The notes below the pieces were generated by a model. It was given only the letters and a program-made list of their open reading frames with translations. It was not told where the DNA came from and ran no database searches. Positions 10,216-21,097 of a stretch of 64,000 nt of DNA are shown piece after piece; position 1 is the stretch's first letter; every line of letters starts with the position of its first letter. Position numbers and translations under genes: made by a program. This stretch comes from an uncultured Actinomycetota bacterium (lineage in GTDB: Bacteria; Actinomycetota; Actinomycetes; JAHEKZ01). The stretch spans positions 1,216,001-1,280,000 of the forward strand of contig CAVQYR010000001.1 of assembly GCA_963718235.1 (NCBI GenBank), in the 5' to 3' direction.

Positions 10216-12720
10216 GTGAGGGAGCCGATGAACCAGAACCAGCCGGACGCCGACATCCGCGACGCCTACGACCCGGAGACCATGCAGGAGCGGTGGCTCC
10301 CGGTCTGGGACGAGCTGGCACCCTTCCGCTCCGGGGACCCGGCCGACGATCGACCCAAGAAGTACATCCTCGACATGTTCCCGTACCCCTCCGGCGACCT
10401 GCACATGGGCCACGCGGAGGCCTACGCGCTGGGTGACGTGGTGGCTCGCTACTGGGTCCAGCGCGGCTTCAACGTCATGCACCCGATCGGCTGGGACGCC
10501 TTCGGGCTGCCTGCGGAGAACGCCGCGATCAAGCGGGGGGTCGACCCTGCGGCCTGGACGTACGAGAACATCGCCATCCAGCGCGCCTCGATGCGTCGCT
10601 ACGCGTGCTCGTTCGACTGGGACCGGGTGCTCAACACCTGTGACCCGGAGTTCTACCGGTGGAACCAGTGGCTGTTCCTTCGGCTGTTCGAGCGGGGTAT
10701 CGCCTACCGCAAGCCTTCGCAGGTGAACTGGTGCCCCAAGGACCTGACCGTCCTGGCCAACGAGCAGGTCGTCGGGGGGCTGTGCGAGCGCTGCGACACA
10801 CCGGTGACCAAGAAGAAGCTGACCCAGTGGTACTTCCGGATCACCGACTTCGCCGACCGCCTGCTCGACGACATGCAGCAGCTGGAGGGTCACTGGCCGG
10901 AGAAGGTGCTGCTCATGCAGCGCAACTGGATCGGTCGCTCCACGGGCGCCGATGTCGTGTTCTCGATCGAGGGTCGCGACGATCCGGTCACGGTGTACAC
11001 GACCCGACCCGACACGCTGTACGGGGCGACCTTCTTCGTCGTCGCCGCCGACTCCGACCTGGCGGCCGAGCTCGCGGCGCAGGCACCGGACGCCGTCCGC
11101 GAGGAGTTCGACGCCTACCTCGCCCGGGTCCGGCAGACCTCAGAGGTCGACCGGCTGTCCAGCGACCGGCCCAAGACCGGCGTGAACCTGGGCCGCTTCG
11201 CCGTCAACCCGGTCAATGGCGAGCAGTTGCCGATCTACGCCTCGGACTACGTCCTGGCCGACTACGGCCATGGGGCGATCATGGCGGTGCCCGCCCACGA
11301 CCAGCGTGACCTCGAGTTCGCCCTCGCCTTCGACCTGCCGGTGCGGGTCGTGGTGGGCACCGAGGAACCGGACCCGGCTGTCTCCGCGGTGGCGACCACC
11401 GGTGATGGCGTCATGGTCAACTCCGGGCCCCTGGACGGCCTGGACAAGCAGCAGTCCATCTCGCTGATCGTCGAACAGCTGACCGCGAGCGGCTCCGGTC
11501 GCGCCGCGGTCAACTACCGACTGCGTGACTGGCTCATCTCCCGTCAGCGCTTCTGGGGGACCCCGATCCCGATCGTGCACTGTCCGGAGTGCGGGGAGGT
11601 CCCGGTTCCCGACGACGAGCTGCCCGTCCGGCTGCCGTCGTCCGAGGGCCTGGACATGAAGCCGAAGGGCACCTCGCCGCTCGGGGGGGCCACCGACTGG
11701 CTCAACGTTCCCTGTCCCCGGTGCAACGCGGCCGCCCAGCGTGACCCGGACACGATGGACACGTTCGTCGACTCGTCCTGGTACTTCCTGCGCTTCCTAG
11801 ACCCTCAGCTGGAGACGGCTCCGTTCGACCTCGAGCAAGCGGCGACCTGGATGCCGGTCGACCAGTACGTCGGCGGGGTGACGCACGCGATCCTGCATCT
11901 GCTCTACGCGCGCTTCTTCACCAAGGTGATGCACGACATGGGGCTGGTCGACTTCACCGAGCCGTTCACCCGGCTGCTGAACCAGGGCATGGTGGTCATG
12001 GACGGCTCGGCGATGAGCAAGTCGCGGGGCAACCTGGTGCGCCTGTCCGACGAGCTGGCCGAGCACGGCGTCGACGCCATCCGGCTGGCGATGGTCTTCG
12101 CCGGACCGCCGGAGGACGACGTCGACTGGGCCGACGTGTCGGCCACGGGTGCCCGCCGGTTCCTGGCCCGGGCCTGGCGGCTGGCCGGAGACGTCACGTC
12201 ACCGGTCGGTGTCGACGTCACGCGCGGAGACGTTGAGCTGCGCAAGACGACCCATCGCACCATCGCCGACGTCACCAAGGCGGTGGAGGACTTCCGGTTC
12301 AACGTGGCCGTCGCCAAGGTGATGGAGCTCGTCAACGCCACGCGCAAGGTCATCGACTCCGGTGCCGGCGGGGCCGACCCGGCCGTCCGAGAGGCGGTCG
12401 AGTCGGTGGCGGTGATGCTCTCGCTCGTCTCGCCGTTCACCGCCGAAGACATGTGGGCCCGGCTGGGGCACGAGCCGTCGGTCGCGAGGGCCGGTTGGCC
12501 GAGCCTCGACGAGGCGCTGCTCGTACGCGAGACCGTCACCTGCGCCGTCCAGGTCCAGGGGAAGGTCAAGGACCTGCTGGAGGTGTCGCCGGAGATCGGT
12601 GAGGACGAGCTGAAGACCCTGGCCCTGGCGTCGGAGTCGGTCGTGCGGGCCCTCGACGGTCGTCCGGTCCGCACCGTGATCGTTCGTGCACCCAAGCTCG
12701 TCAACGTCGTGGCCGGCTGA
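10216..12720 (+). CDS. leuS: Leucine--tRNA ligase (start GTG 10216 or ATG 10228)
   Basis: [13 protein letters not shown] (HIGH), TTRPDT editing domain, DTMDTF, AMSKS. Confidence 0.98.
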   Translation: MREPMNQNQPDADIRDAYDPETMQERWLPVWDELAPFRSGDPADDRPKKYILDMFPYPSGDLHMGHAEAYALGDVVARYWVQRGFNVMHPIGWDAFGLPAENAAIKRGVDPAAWTYENIAIQRASMRRYACSFDWDRVLNTCDPEFYRWNQWLFLRLFERGIAYRKPSQVNWCPKDLTVLANEQVVGGLCERCDTPVTKKKLTQWYFRITDFADRLLDDMQQLEGHWPEKVLLMQRNWIGRSTGADVVFSIEGRDDPVTVYTTRPDTLYGATFFVVAADSDLAAELAAQAPDAVREEFDAYLARVRQTSEVDRLSSDRPKTGVNLGRFAVNPVNGEQLPIYASDYVLADYGHGAIMAVPAHDQRDLEFALAFDLPVRVVVGTEEPDPAVSAVATTGDGVMVNSGPLDGLDKQQSISLIVEQLTASGSGRAAVNYRLRDWLISRQRFWGTPIPIVHCPECGEVPVPDDELPVRLPSSEGLDMKPKGTSPLGGATDWLNVPCPRCNAAAQRDPDTMDTFVDSSWYFLRFLDPQLETAPFDLEQAATWMPVDQYVGGVTHAILHLLYARFFTKVMHDMGLVDFTEPFTRLLNQGMVVMDGSAMSKSRGNLVRLSDELAEHGVDAIRLAMVFAGPPEDDVDWADVSATGARRFLARAWRLAGDVTSPVGVDVTRGDVELRKTTHRTIADVTKAVEDFRFNVAVAKVMELVNATRKVIDSGAGGADPAVREAVESVAVMLSLVSPFTAEDMWARLGHEPSVARAGWPSLDEALLVRETVTCAVQVQGKVKDLLEVSPEIGEDELKTLALASESVVRALDGRPVRTVIVRAPKLVNVVAG

Positions 12721-12728
12721 GGCCCGCG

Positions 12729-13583
12729 TTGAGCGTGCCAGCTGGTCGGGTGGCCGTGGTGACCGACTCCACGGCGTACCTGCCCCAGGTGATGCGTGAG
12801 GCTCATGGCATCGAGGTCGTGCCGGTGCAGGTCGTCATTGGTGGAGTGGTGGCCGACGAGACATCGGTCTCGGCCGACGAGGTTGCCGAGGCGCTGCGCG
12901 ACTGGACGCCGGTGAGCACGAGCCGACCCACGCCGCACGCGTTCCTCACGGTGTTCGAGCGGCTCGCAGCCGGCGGTGCCACGGGGATCTTGTCGTTGCA
13001 CCTGTCCTCGGACATGTCGGCCACCATCGAGTCGGCCATGCTCGCCGCCCGAGACTCGCCGGTGCCCGTCCGGGTGGTCGACAGCCGGTCGATCGGCATG
13101 GCCCTGGGCTTCGCCGCGATCAGCGCCGCGGAGTGTGCTGCCGCTGGCGGCGACCTCGACCAGGTCGTGGCGGCGGCTCGTCGGCGGGCGTCCGAGGCCA
13201 CCGTGCTGTTCTACGTCGACACCCTGGAGTACCTGCGCCGCGGAGGCCGGATCGGGGCCGCCGCGGCACTCGTCGGCTCGGCGCTGTCGGTGAAACCACT
13301 GCTCCAGCTGGTCGACGGCCGGGTCGAGACCTTCGAGAAGGTGCGGACGACCAGCAAGGCGCTCGCCCGGCTCGAGGACTACGCGGTCGAGCGGGCCGGC
13401 GCCGGGCCGGTCGACGTGGCCGTGCAGCACCTGGCCAACGCCGGGCGGGCGCAGCTGCTGGCCGCGCGGCTCGGCGAACGGATCCCGGGGCTCTGCGACC
13501 TCGTGGTCGACGAGATCGGTGCCGTCGTCGGTGCCCACGTCGGCCCAGGGATGATCGCCGTGATGATCGCACCACGAAGCTGA
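12729..13583 (+). CDS. DegV/FakB family fatty-acid-binding protein
   Basis: VAVVTDST, STSRP, HLSSDMSAT, LRRGGRIG, VGAHVGPG. Confidence 0.95.
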   Translation: MSVPAGRVAVVTDSTAYLPQVMREAHGIEVVPVQVVIGGVVADETSVSADEVAEALRDWTPVSTSRPTPHAFLTVFERLAAGGATGILSLHLSSDMSATIESAMLAARDSPVPVRVVDSRSIGMALGFAAISAAECAAAGGDLDQVVAAARRRASEATVLFYVDTLEYLRRGGRIGAAAALVGSALSVKPLLQLVDGRVETFEKVRTTSKALARLEDYAVERAGAGPVDVAVQHLANAGRAQLLAARLGERIPGLCDLVVDEIGAVVGAHVGPGMIAVMIAPRS

Positions 13584-13616
13584 CGCCGGCGTGACCCCGC
13601 CACGCAAGGCGTCGCC

Positions 13617-14192
13617 GTGAGCCAGGGCCTGTGGGTGGTAGTCGCGGTCGCGGTGGGTTACGCGATCGGTTCGCTGTCCCCGGCGGTCGCGGTCGCGCGG
13701 GTGCGCGGGGTCGACCTGCGCACGAGTGGGTCGGGAAACCCGGGTGCGACCAACGCCGGACGCGTGCTGGGCTGGCCGTTCGGCGTCCTCGTGGGCCTCC
13801 TCGACGTGGCGAAGGGTTTCGTGCCTGCGTTGGCGTTCGGTTCGGTCGAGGTCGAGCTGGCGCTGTGGGCCGGAGCCGCTGCCGTGCTCGGCCACGTGAC
13901 GTCACCCATCCTGCGTGGCCGTGGTGGACGGGGGGTCGCGACGGCGCTCGGGGCCGTGCTCGCCGTGCAGCCGTGGTGGGCCCTGCTCGCCGTGGTCGGC
14001 TTCGGGCTGACCGTCGCCGTGACCCGTTGGGTCGCGCTGGCGTCCATGGTGGCGGGCGTCGTCCTGGTCTCGGCGGCTCTGGTCGCCGCTGACTCGACCG
14101 GGCAGCTGGTCTGGGCGGTGTTCCTGGCTGCTGTGGTCGAGATCCGTCACGTACCGAACATCGCGCGCTGGGTACGCGGGCGGCGCGGCTGA
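13617..14192 (+). CDS. plsY: Glycerol-3-phosphate acyltransferase PlsY
   Basis: Motif 1 GSGNPGATN, LDVAKG, motif 2 GH...GGRGVAT, motif 3 RHVPNI; multi-TM. Confidence 0.88.
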   Translation: MSQGLWVVVAVAVGYAIGSLSPAVAVARVRGVDLRTSGSGNPGATNAGRVLGWPFGVLVGLLDVAKGFVPALAFGSVEVELALWAGAAAVLGHVTSPILRGRGGRGVATALGAVLAVQPWWALLAVVGFGLTVAVTRWVALASMVAGVVLVSAALVAADSTGQLVWAVFLAAVVEIRHVPNIARWVRGRRG

Positions 14193-14299
14193 CGGCGAAG
14201 CCGTTGAGCGGTGTCCGCAGCGCATGGTCGTGAGGAGTTCTCCCCAGGCCGGCGCTGGGCCTCTCGCTGGTGTGGTCAAGGCGCCTAGCGTCCGGCTTC

Positions 14300-15160
14300 G
14301 TGCTGCCGACCCACAGACGCGCCCGAGTCGAGCGAACCCGGGCCCGCCTCGACGCGCTGGCTCCGCGCTGGGTGCCGACCGCCGAGGGGGTCCAGGCCGA
14401 GCTCGCCGGTGAGTCGGCGCAGTCGGACTCATCGGGGCCACCGACGCCGCAGCCTGTCGTGCGGTCGCGCGAGCCGCGGGGGCTGCTCGCGCTCGGGCTG
14501 TGCGGAGTGGGCGCAGTCGTGGGTGGCGCCCTCGTGTGGTGGCTGGCGCTGCCGTCGGGCTCGGCGCTGCCCGAAGTCGTAGGGGCACCGGCTCCCGCAC
14601 CGGCCCGCGCTGCCGCCGCGTCGCCGATGCCGGCCGGGACCTCCACATTGCTGACCGCGGTGCCTTCGGGCGTCGGGTCGACCACGTCGCCATCGGCTTC
14701 GTCGGTCGTCGTGGTCGACGTCAAGGGCCGGGTCCGGCGGCCCGGCGTGGTCGAGCTGCCCGTCGGCTCGCGGGTGATCGATGCGTTGGACGCTGCCGGC
14801 GGGGTCACCGCCCGTGGGTCGACGGACGGGCTGAACCTGGCCGCTGTGCTCACCGACGGGGTCGCGATCGTGGTGCTCGGTCCCGGCCAAGCCGCTGGGC
14901 TGGCCCCGCTCAGCCCCGGTTCGGCGACGATCGGCGCGGCGCCCTCGGCCGGGGGCACGTCGATGACCGGACCGATCGACCTCAACGCGGCCACCCTCGA
15001 GCAGCTGGACACCCTGCCCGGGATCGGACCCGTGCTGGCCGAGCGGATCCTTCAGTGGCGGGCCGAGCACGGCCGGTTCTCCAGCGTCACCGAGCTGCAG
15101 GAGGTCTCCGGCATCGGTGACGCGACGTTCTCCGACCTGGAGCCCCTGGTGCGGGTGTGA
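14300..15160 (+). CDS. comEA: ComEA DNA-binding protein (SLBB + helix-hairpin-helix)
   Basis: VVVDVKGRVRRPGVVEL...RVIDAL, IDLNAATLEQLDTLPGIGP; GTG 14300 lies 8 nt after -10 TAGCGT (ORF track starts 14270). Confidence 0.92.
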   Translation: MLPTHRRARVERTRARLDALAPRWVPTAEGVQAELAGESAQSDSSGPPTPQPVVRSREPRGLLALGLCGVGAVVGGALVWWLALPSGSALPEVVGAPAPAPARAAAASPMPAGTSTLLTAVPSGVGSTTSPSASSVVVVDVKGRVRRPGVVELPVGSRVIDALDAAGGVTARGSTDGLNLAAVLTDGVAIVVLGPGQAAGLAPLSPGSATIGAAPSAGGTSMTGPIDLNAATLEQLDTLPGIGPVLAERILQWRAEHGRFSSVTELQEVSGIGDATFSDLEPLVRV

Positions 15161-17505
15161 GCGTCGGTGGGGGTTCGTGGCGCGAGACTCCCGGCGGAGC
15201 CGACCTGCGCCTGCTGCCCCCTGTGGGCGCGCTGTGGGCCGCTGCCTGGCTGACTCCCTGGATCGGCGTGCGCGGCGCCGTCCTCACTGCGGCAGCCCTC
15301 GCGGCGGTGTCGGTGGGCATCGTCTCGACCCGTCAGGGCCGGACCTCGGCGTGGCGTGTCGTCGCGGTGACCGTGCTGCTCGCCGCGGCCACTGGGTGCG
15401 TCGGTTCGGCCTGGCGGGTGGCCGCCCTGACGTCGGGCCCCTGGCGTTCGCTGGCCGAGCACTCGGCGTCGGTCCACCTGGCGGGCACGGTCACGACCGA
15501 CCCGCACCTGGGTGACCTCGGTTGGGGCGGTCTGCCGACGGTGTCCCTCACGGTTCGGGCCGAGCAGGTGTGGTCGACCGAGGGCGCGTGGCGGGTGCGC
15601 AGCCCGGTGGTGGTGCTGGGCAGCGGCGACCCCTGGGCGAGGCTTACGCCGGGGGAGCGGGTCGAGCTGGTCGGCACGGTTCGCACGTTGCCGCCGACGT
15701 CCGGTCGCTCGGCCCTGGTCTTCGCGCGCGACGGTCCCCGGCTCACCGCTCGCGAGTCGCCGCCGGAGCAGATGGCCGACCTGGTGCGGGCGCGACTTCG
15801 GGCCGCGGTCGAGGGCCGCCCACCCGATGTTGCGGGGCTGTTGCCCGCCCTGGTCGTCGGGGACACGTCGGCCCTGCCGCAGGCGCTGGTCGACGACCTG
15901 CGGGCGGCGGGGCTCGCCCATCTCACGGCGGTCTCCGGGGCCAACGTGGCGATCGTCTTGGCCGCGGTGCTGGGCCTGGCCCGGTGGGCCCGGGTTCGGG
16001 GACTCGCCCTCCCGGTGGTGGGCCTGCTGGCCGTTGCGGCCTTCGTGCTCGTGGCCCGGCCCGAGCCGAGCGTCCTCCGGGCCGCCGTCATGGGCAGCGT
16101 CGGCGTGCTGGGGCTGCTGGCGTCCGGACGTCGGCACGGTCCGCGCAGCCTGCTGGTCGCGTGCGGCGGGCTGCTGCTCGTCGACCCCTGGCTGGCCCGG
16201 TCGTGGGGCTTCGCGCTGTCGGTGGCCGCCACGGCGGGGCTGCTCGGCCTCGCGCCCCACCTGCGCGACAGATGGGCCGGCCGGCTTCCGACCGGGGTGG
16301 CCGAGGTGCTGGCCCTGGCCGTGGCGGCGCAGCTGGCGACGCTGCCGCTGCAGGTCGCGCTGGCCGGGTCGGTAGGCCTGGTCGGCGTTGCGGCCAACGT
16401 GCTCGCTGCGCCGGCCGTGGCACCCGCGACGACGCTCGGGGCGGCCGCGGCGGTCGTCGGCGTGGTCTGGCCCGGGGCAGCCGCCGTCCTGGCCTGGCTG
16501 GCCGGCTGGCCGGTCGCCTGGATCGTCGCGGTGGCCCGTTGGTCGTCGACCGCGCCCCTTCCGACGCTGAACCTCCCGACCGGCGTGACCGGGCTCGTCC
16601 TCGTCGTCCTCGGCCTCTCAGGTTCAGTGGTGGTGGGACGTTGGCTGTTGCGCCGTGCGGCGTCGCGTCGGTGGCCGCGAGGGGCCGCCCTCGTGCTCGT
16701 GGTGGCGCTGCCCCTGGCCTGGTGGCGCGGCCCGGACCAGTGGCCCCCGCCGGGCTGGGTGATGGTGGCCTGCGACGTCGGCCAGGGTGACGCTGTGGTG
16801 CTCAACGCCGGACCGGGGTCCGCGGTCGTGGTCGACGCCGGGCCCGAGTCCGGGGCGGTCGACCGATGCCTGCGTCGGTTGCACGTGTCGGTGGTGCCCC
16901 TCGTCGTCCTGACCCATGACCACGCCGATCACGTCGACGGCCTGCCCGGTGTGCTGCGCGACCGAGAGGTCGGGCAGATCCTGGTGAGCCCGCTGGCCGA
17001 ACCTCCGCTCCAGGCGGCGCAGGTGATGGCCTGGGCGGCCGAGGGCGGGGTGCCCGTGGGGGTCCTGGCCGCCGGCCAGCGGGTCGAGGTCGGTCCGTTG
17101 CGCTGGCAGGTGCTGTGGCCGGCGAGGGTGATCCGGGGTGAGGGCTCGGACCCCAACAACGCCAGCGCGGTGCTCCTCGTCGAGGTGAGCGGAGTGCGCC
17201 TGCTGCTCACCGGGGACATCGAGCCGGCAGCGCAGCAGGCGATCCTCGCCTCCGGTGTGGATCTGCACGCCGACGTGCTCAAGGTGCCGCACCACGGGTC
17301 CGCGGCCCAGGAGCCGGCGTTCTGGTCCACGGTCGCCCCCCGGCTGGCCGTGGTCTCGGTCGGTGAGGACAACGACTACGGCCACCCGGATCCGGGACTG
17401 ATCGCGGCCCTGACGGACTCGGGGATCGCAGTGCGGCGCACCGACCTGGACGGCGACATCGCGGTGGTGGTCCACGACGGCGTCCTGCGGGTGGCGAGCC
17501 GGTGA
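15157..17505 (+). CDS. comEC: ComEC/Rec2 competence channel with MBL domain
   Basis: HLTAVSGAN, PSVLRA, DVGQGD, THDHADH, LLTGD, KVPHHGS, YGHP. Confidence 0.96.
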   Translation: MSVGGGSWRETPGGADLRLLPPVGALWAAAWLTPWIGVRGAVLTAAALAAVSVGIVSTRQGRTSAWRVVAVTVLLAAATGCVGSAWRVAALTSGPWRSLAEHSASVHLAGTVTTDPHLGDLGWGGLPTVSLTVRAEQVWSTEGAWRVRSPVVVLGSGDPWARLTPGERVELVGTVRTLPPTSGRSALVFARDGPRLTARESPPEQMADLVRARLRAAVEGRPPDVAGLLPALVVGDTSALPQALVDDLRAAGLAHLTAVSGANVAIVLAAVLGLARWARVRGLALPVVGLLAVAAFVLVARPEPSVLRAAVMGSVGVLGLLASGRRHGPRSLLVACGGLLLVDPWLARSWGFALSVAATAGLLGLAPHLRDRWAGRLPTGVAEVLALAVAAQLATLPLQVALAGSVGLVGVAANVLAAPAVAPATTLGAAAAVVGVVWPGAAAVLAWLAGWPVAWIVAVARWSSTAPLPTLNLPTGVTGLVLVVLGLSGSVVVGRWLLRRAASRRWPRGAALVLVVALPLAWWRGPDQWPPPGWVMVACDVGQGDAVVLNAGPGSAVVVDAGPESGAVDRCLRRLHVSVVPLVVLTHDHADHVDGLPGVLRDREVGQILVSPLAEPPLQAAQVMAWAAEGGVPVGVLAAGQRVEVGPLRWQVLWPARVIRGEGSDPNNASAVLLVEVSGVRLLLTGDIEPAAQQAILASGVDLHADVLKVPHHGSAAQEPAFWSTVAPRLAVVSVGEDNDYGHPDPGLIAALTDSGIAVRRTDLDGDIAVVVHDGVLRVASR

Positions 17506-17548
17506 CCACCCCAGACCGTCGTGCCGTGCTTCTGACATCCTGACGGCG

Positions 17549-18562
17549 ATGCCCGAGCCGCCTCAGCAGACCGCTCCCGCCGCCCTCACCCTCGTGACCG
17601 GCAGCGAGGAGCTGCTCGTCGAGCGGGCCACCCGGTCACTGGTCGAGGAGTGGAGGAGGGGCGACCCGGAGCTCGACGTGCACGAGCTGGGGGTCGCGGC
17701 CCTGCACAAGGGCGATCTCGCCGTGCTTGTGTCCCCGTCGTTGTTCGGGGGCACCCCCGTCGTGGTGATCACCGGGATCGAGCTGCTGAAAGCCGATGCC
17801 GGCGAGCTCGGCGACGCGGCCGACGAGATCACCGCCTACCTGAAGGCCCCGTCGCTTGAGGCCCGAGTGGTCCTGGTCCACGGGGGCGGACAGAGCGGCA
17901 AGGCGGTGCTGACCGCGGCCCGAAAGGCGGGAGCCCGCGAGGTCACCACCCCGTCGCCGCGCAGCCGCGGAGAGGTCCGCGCGCACCGTGAGCAGTTCAT
18001 CCGCGACGAGTTCGGCGCGCACCAACGGGCGATCGACCGCGACGGCGTGACCGCATTGCTCGAGGCGCTGGGCACCGACCTGCGCGACCTGTCCGGCGCG
18101 TGCGCCCAGCTGGTCTCCGACGTGCCCGACCGGATCGACCGTGACGTGGTGACCCGCTACTACTCCGGGCGGGCCGAGATCACCGGGTTCGCGGTGGTCG
18201 ACGCCCTGCTCGACGGCAACACCGCGCACGCCCTGGCCCTGGCCAGGCAGCTGGTCGACAGCGGCACCGACCCGGTCCCCGTGGTGGCTGCGGTCGCCAA
18301 GCAGCTTCGGACCCTGTCCCGGGTCGCTGGAGCCCCGCGCAACCTGTCGCCGGCCACGCTGGCCCGTGAGTTGGGGGTGGCCGACTACGCGGTCAAGCGG
18401 GCCAGGGACTGGGCGCCCGCCTGGACACCGGGTGCCCTCGCGGTCGCGATCCGGGCCACCGCAGCCACCGACGACGCGGTCAAGGGCGGCGAGGTGCAGC
18501 GGGCGTACGCCCTGGAGCGGCTGTTGGTGACCATCGGCCGCGCGAGGGCCACCCGGGCCTGA
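17549..18562 (+). CDS. holA: DNA polymerase III delta subunit
   Basis: LTLVTGSEELL, SPSLFG, GTDLRDL, KGG near C-terminus; comEC-holA-rpsT synteny. Confidence 0.9.
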   Translation: MPEPPQQTAPAALTLVTGSEELLVERATRSLVEEWRRGDPELDVHELGVAALHKGDLAVLVSPSLFGGTPVVVITGIELLKADAGELGDAADEITAYLKAPSLEARVVLVHGGGQSGKAVLTAARKAGAREVTTPSPRSRGEVRAHREQFIRDEFGAHQRAIDRDGVTALLEALGTDLRDLSGACAQLVSDVPDRIDRDVVTRYYSGRAEITGFAVVDALLDGNTAHALALARQLVDSGTDPVPVVAAVAKQLRTLSRVAGAPRNLSPATLARELGVADYAVKRARDWAPAWTPGALAVAIRATAATDDAVKGGEVQRAYALERLLVTIGRARATRA

Positions 18563-18578
18563 CCGGCCCCGCCGACGA

Positions 18579-18611
18579 CGAAGGCGCCGCCCCCAAGGGA
18601 CAGCGCCTTCG
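18579..18611 (-). terminator. Hairpin terminator between convergent holA and rpsT
   Basis: Minus strand CGAAGGCGCUGUCCC arm pairs with GGGGCGGCGCCUUCG including G-U pairs. Confidence 0.7.
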
Positions 18612-18639
18612 GTGCGCCCGAGGGGCGCGTGAGCGAGGG

Positions 18640-18915
18640 TCAGGCGGCCTGTGCGCTGGCCGAGGCGAGCCGCTTGGCCATCTTCGACTTCTTGTTGGCG
18701 GCCTGGTTGGCGTGGATCACGCCCTTGCTGACGGCCTTGTCGAGCTGGCGGGACGCCTCGAGGTAGAGGGCCTGTGCCTGCTCGGTGTCGCCGGCGTCGG
18801 TGGCCTCACGGAACTTGCGCACCGAGGTCTTCAGCGACGAGCGGACCGACTTGTTGCGCTCGTGCCGCTTGGCGTTCTGCAGGTTGCGCTTGATCTGGGA
18901 CTTGATGTTGGCCAC
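18640..18915 (-). CDS. rpsT: 30S ribosomal protein S20
   Basis: ANIKSQIKR...[11 protein letters not shown]...[20 protein letters not shown]; GTG start. Confidence 0.98.
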   Translation of the reverse strand: MANIKSQIKRNLQNAKRHERNKSVRSSLKTSVRKFREATDAGDTEQAQALYLEASRQLDKAVSKGVIHANQAANKKSKMAKRLASASAQAA

Positions 18916-19184
18916 GAAGAATCTGCCTCGTCGTTTCGTCTGGGTGGAGTCGTTGGTCGGGCGCCGGCGGCAGCCGAAGGGTCGGACTGCCGGTCCTGGC
19001 CGCCCTGGCATCCGCCCAGGGGGAGGCTGCCGCGCCGTCGCAGGCGCCCGCCAAGAATACCAGCGCCGCCCGCGCGGCGTCCAAATCGGTCCGGGCCCAG
19101 GCCCGTGGGACGATGGGGCCCCCACGAGCCCAGACCAGCCAGACCGGCCCAGACCGCCAGCCCAGCCTCCGACGAAAGCGTCCC

Positions 19185-21026
19185 GTGCCCGCGACCCCGT
19201 CCCACCGCGCTCCCGCCCCGGCGTCGACCGACCCGTCGGTGATCCGCAACTTCTGCATCATCGCCCACATCGACCACGGCAAGTCGACCCTGGCCGACCG
19301 GATGCTGCAGATCACCGGGGTGGTCGAGGCCCGTCACATGCGGGCGCAGTACCTGGACCGGATGGACATCGAGCGCGAACGTGGGATCACCATCAAGTCG
19401 CAGGCCGTGCGGCTGCCGTGGACCAGCCCGGAGGGCCGCGACCACGTCCTGAACATGATCGACACCCCTGGGCATGTCGACTTCACCTACGAGGTCTCCC
19501 GCTCGTTGGCCGCCTGCGAGGGTGCCGTGCTGCTGGTCGACGCGGCCCAGGGCATCGAGGCGCAGACCCTGGCCAACCTGTACCTGGCGCTGGAGAACGA
19601 CCTGCAGGTGATCCCGGTGCTCAACAAGATCGACCTGCCGGCCGCCCAGCCGGACAAGTTCGCCGCCGAGCTGGCCCACCTGATCGGCTGTGAGCCCGAC
19701 GACTGCCTTCGCGTCTCGGGCAAGACCGGTGAGGGGGTCGGTGACCTCCTCGACGAGATCGTGCGCCAGGTCCCGCCTCCGATAGGCGACGCGAACGCCC
19801 CCGCTCGAGCGATGATCTTCGACTCCATCTACGACACCTACCGCGGCGTGGTCACCTACGTGCGCGTCATCGACGGCCTGCTCACCCCGCGCGAGCGGGT
19901 CACCATGATGAGCACCGGCGTGACGCACGAGCTGCTCGACATCGGGGTCATCTCCCCGGAGCCGGTGTCCAGCCGTGGGATCGGAGTAGGGGAGGTCGGC
20001 TACCTGATCACCGGCGTCAAGGACGTCCGGCAGAGCCGGGTCGGCGACACCGTGACCGACGCCCTGCACAAGGCGGCCACACCACTGGCCGGGTTCCGGG
20101 ACCCGAAGCCGATGGTCTTCTCCGGTCTGTACCCGATCGACGGCTCCGACTACCCCGAGCTGCGCGACTCACTCGACCGGCTCCAGCTCAACGACGCGGC
20201 ACTGGTCTTCGAGCCGGAGACGTCCACCGCCCTGGGCTTCGGTTTTCGGTGCGGGTTCCTCGGGCTTCTGCACATGGAGATCGTGCGTGAGCGGCTGGAG
20301 CGCGAGAACGGGCTCGAGCTCATCTCCACGGCGCCCAACGTGGTGTACCGGGTGATCATGGAGGACGGCGTCGAGCACGTCGTCACCAACCCCAGCGAGT
20401 TTCCGGGCGGCAAGGTGGCCGAGGTCTTCGAGCCCGTCGTGCGGGCCACCGTGCTCGCCCCCAGCGAGTTCATCGGAACGATCATGGAGCTGTGCCAGAA
20501 CCGCCGGGGTCAGCTGCTCGGCATGGACTACCTGTCCGCCGACCGGGTCGAGCTTCGCTACACGCTGCCGCTGGCCGAGATCGTCTTCGACTTCTTCGAC
20601 AACCTGAAGTCGCGCACCCGCGGCTACGCCTCGCTGGACTACGAGCCGATGGGTGAGGCTGCGTCGGAGCTGGTGAAGGTCGACATCCTGCTGCACGGTG
20701 AGCCGGTCGACGCGTTCAGCTCGATCGTGCACAAGGACAAGGCGTACACCTACGGCGTCGCGATGGCCCAGAAGCTGAAGGCGCTGATCCCGCGCCAGCA
20801 GTTCGAGGTGCCGATCCAGGCGGCCATCGGGTCGCGGATCATTGCCAGGGAGAACATCCGGGCCATCCGCAAGGACGTCTTGGCCAAGTGCTACGGCGGC
20901 GACATCACCCGCAAACGCAAGCTGCTGGAGAAGCAGAAGGAGGGCAAGAAGCGGATGAAGATGGTGGGTCGGGTCGAGGTGCCGCAAGAGGCCTTCATCG
21001 CGGCCCTGTCGACCGAGGACTCGTGA
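19185..21026 (+). CDS. lepA: Elongation factor 4
   Basis: [51 protein letters not shown]. Confidence 0.98.
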   Translation: MPATPSHRAPAPASTDPSVIRNFCIIAHIDHGKSTLADRMLQITGVVEARHMRAQYLDRMDIERERGITIKSQAVRLPWTSPEGRDHVLNMIDTPGHVDFTYEVSRSLAACEGAVLLVDAAQGIEAQTLANLYLALENDLQVIPVLNKIDLPAAQPDKFAAELAHLIGCEPDDCLRVSGKTGEGVGDLLDEIVRQVPPPIGDANAPARAMIFDSIYDTYRGVVTYVRVIDGLLTPRERVTMMSTGVTHELLDIGVISPEPVSSRGIGVGEVGYLITGVKDVRQSRVGDTVTDALHKAATPLAGFRDPKPMVFSGLYPIDGSDYPELRDSLDRLQLNDAALVFEPETSTALGFGFRCGFLGLLHMEIVRERLERENGLELISTAPNVVYRVIMEDGVEHVVTNPSEFPGGKVAEVFEPVVRATVLAPSEFIGTIMELCQNRRGQLLGMDYLSADRVELRYTLPLAEIVFDFFDNLKSRTRGYASLDYEPMGEAASELVKVDILLHGEPVDAFSSIVHKDKAYTYGVAMAQKLKALIPRQQFEVPIQAAIGSRIIARENIRAIRKDVLAKCYGGDITRKRKLLEKQKEGKKRMKMVGRVEVPQEAFIAALSTEDS

Positions 21027-21097
21027 TCGAGGGTCGTTCGGCCGTCTCCTGGGCGAAATCTGGTGGACACCCGTCGTTCTCCCTAGGCTGTTGAGCC

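Noticed and set aside
12010-12024. LeuS AMSKS instead of KMSKS
   Set aside because: The catalytic second Lys is retained; first-position variation is ordinary
14211-14246. DnaA-box-like 9-mers upstream of comEA (GTGTCCGCA, TTCTCCCCA)
   Set aside because: Each has two mismatches to TTGTCCACA; too weak without conservation data
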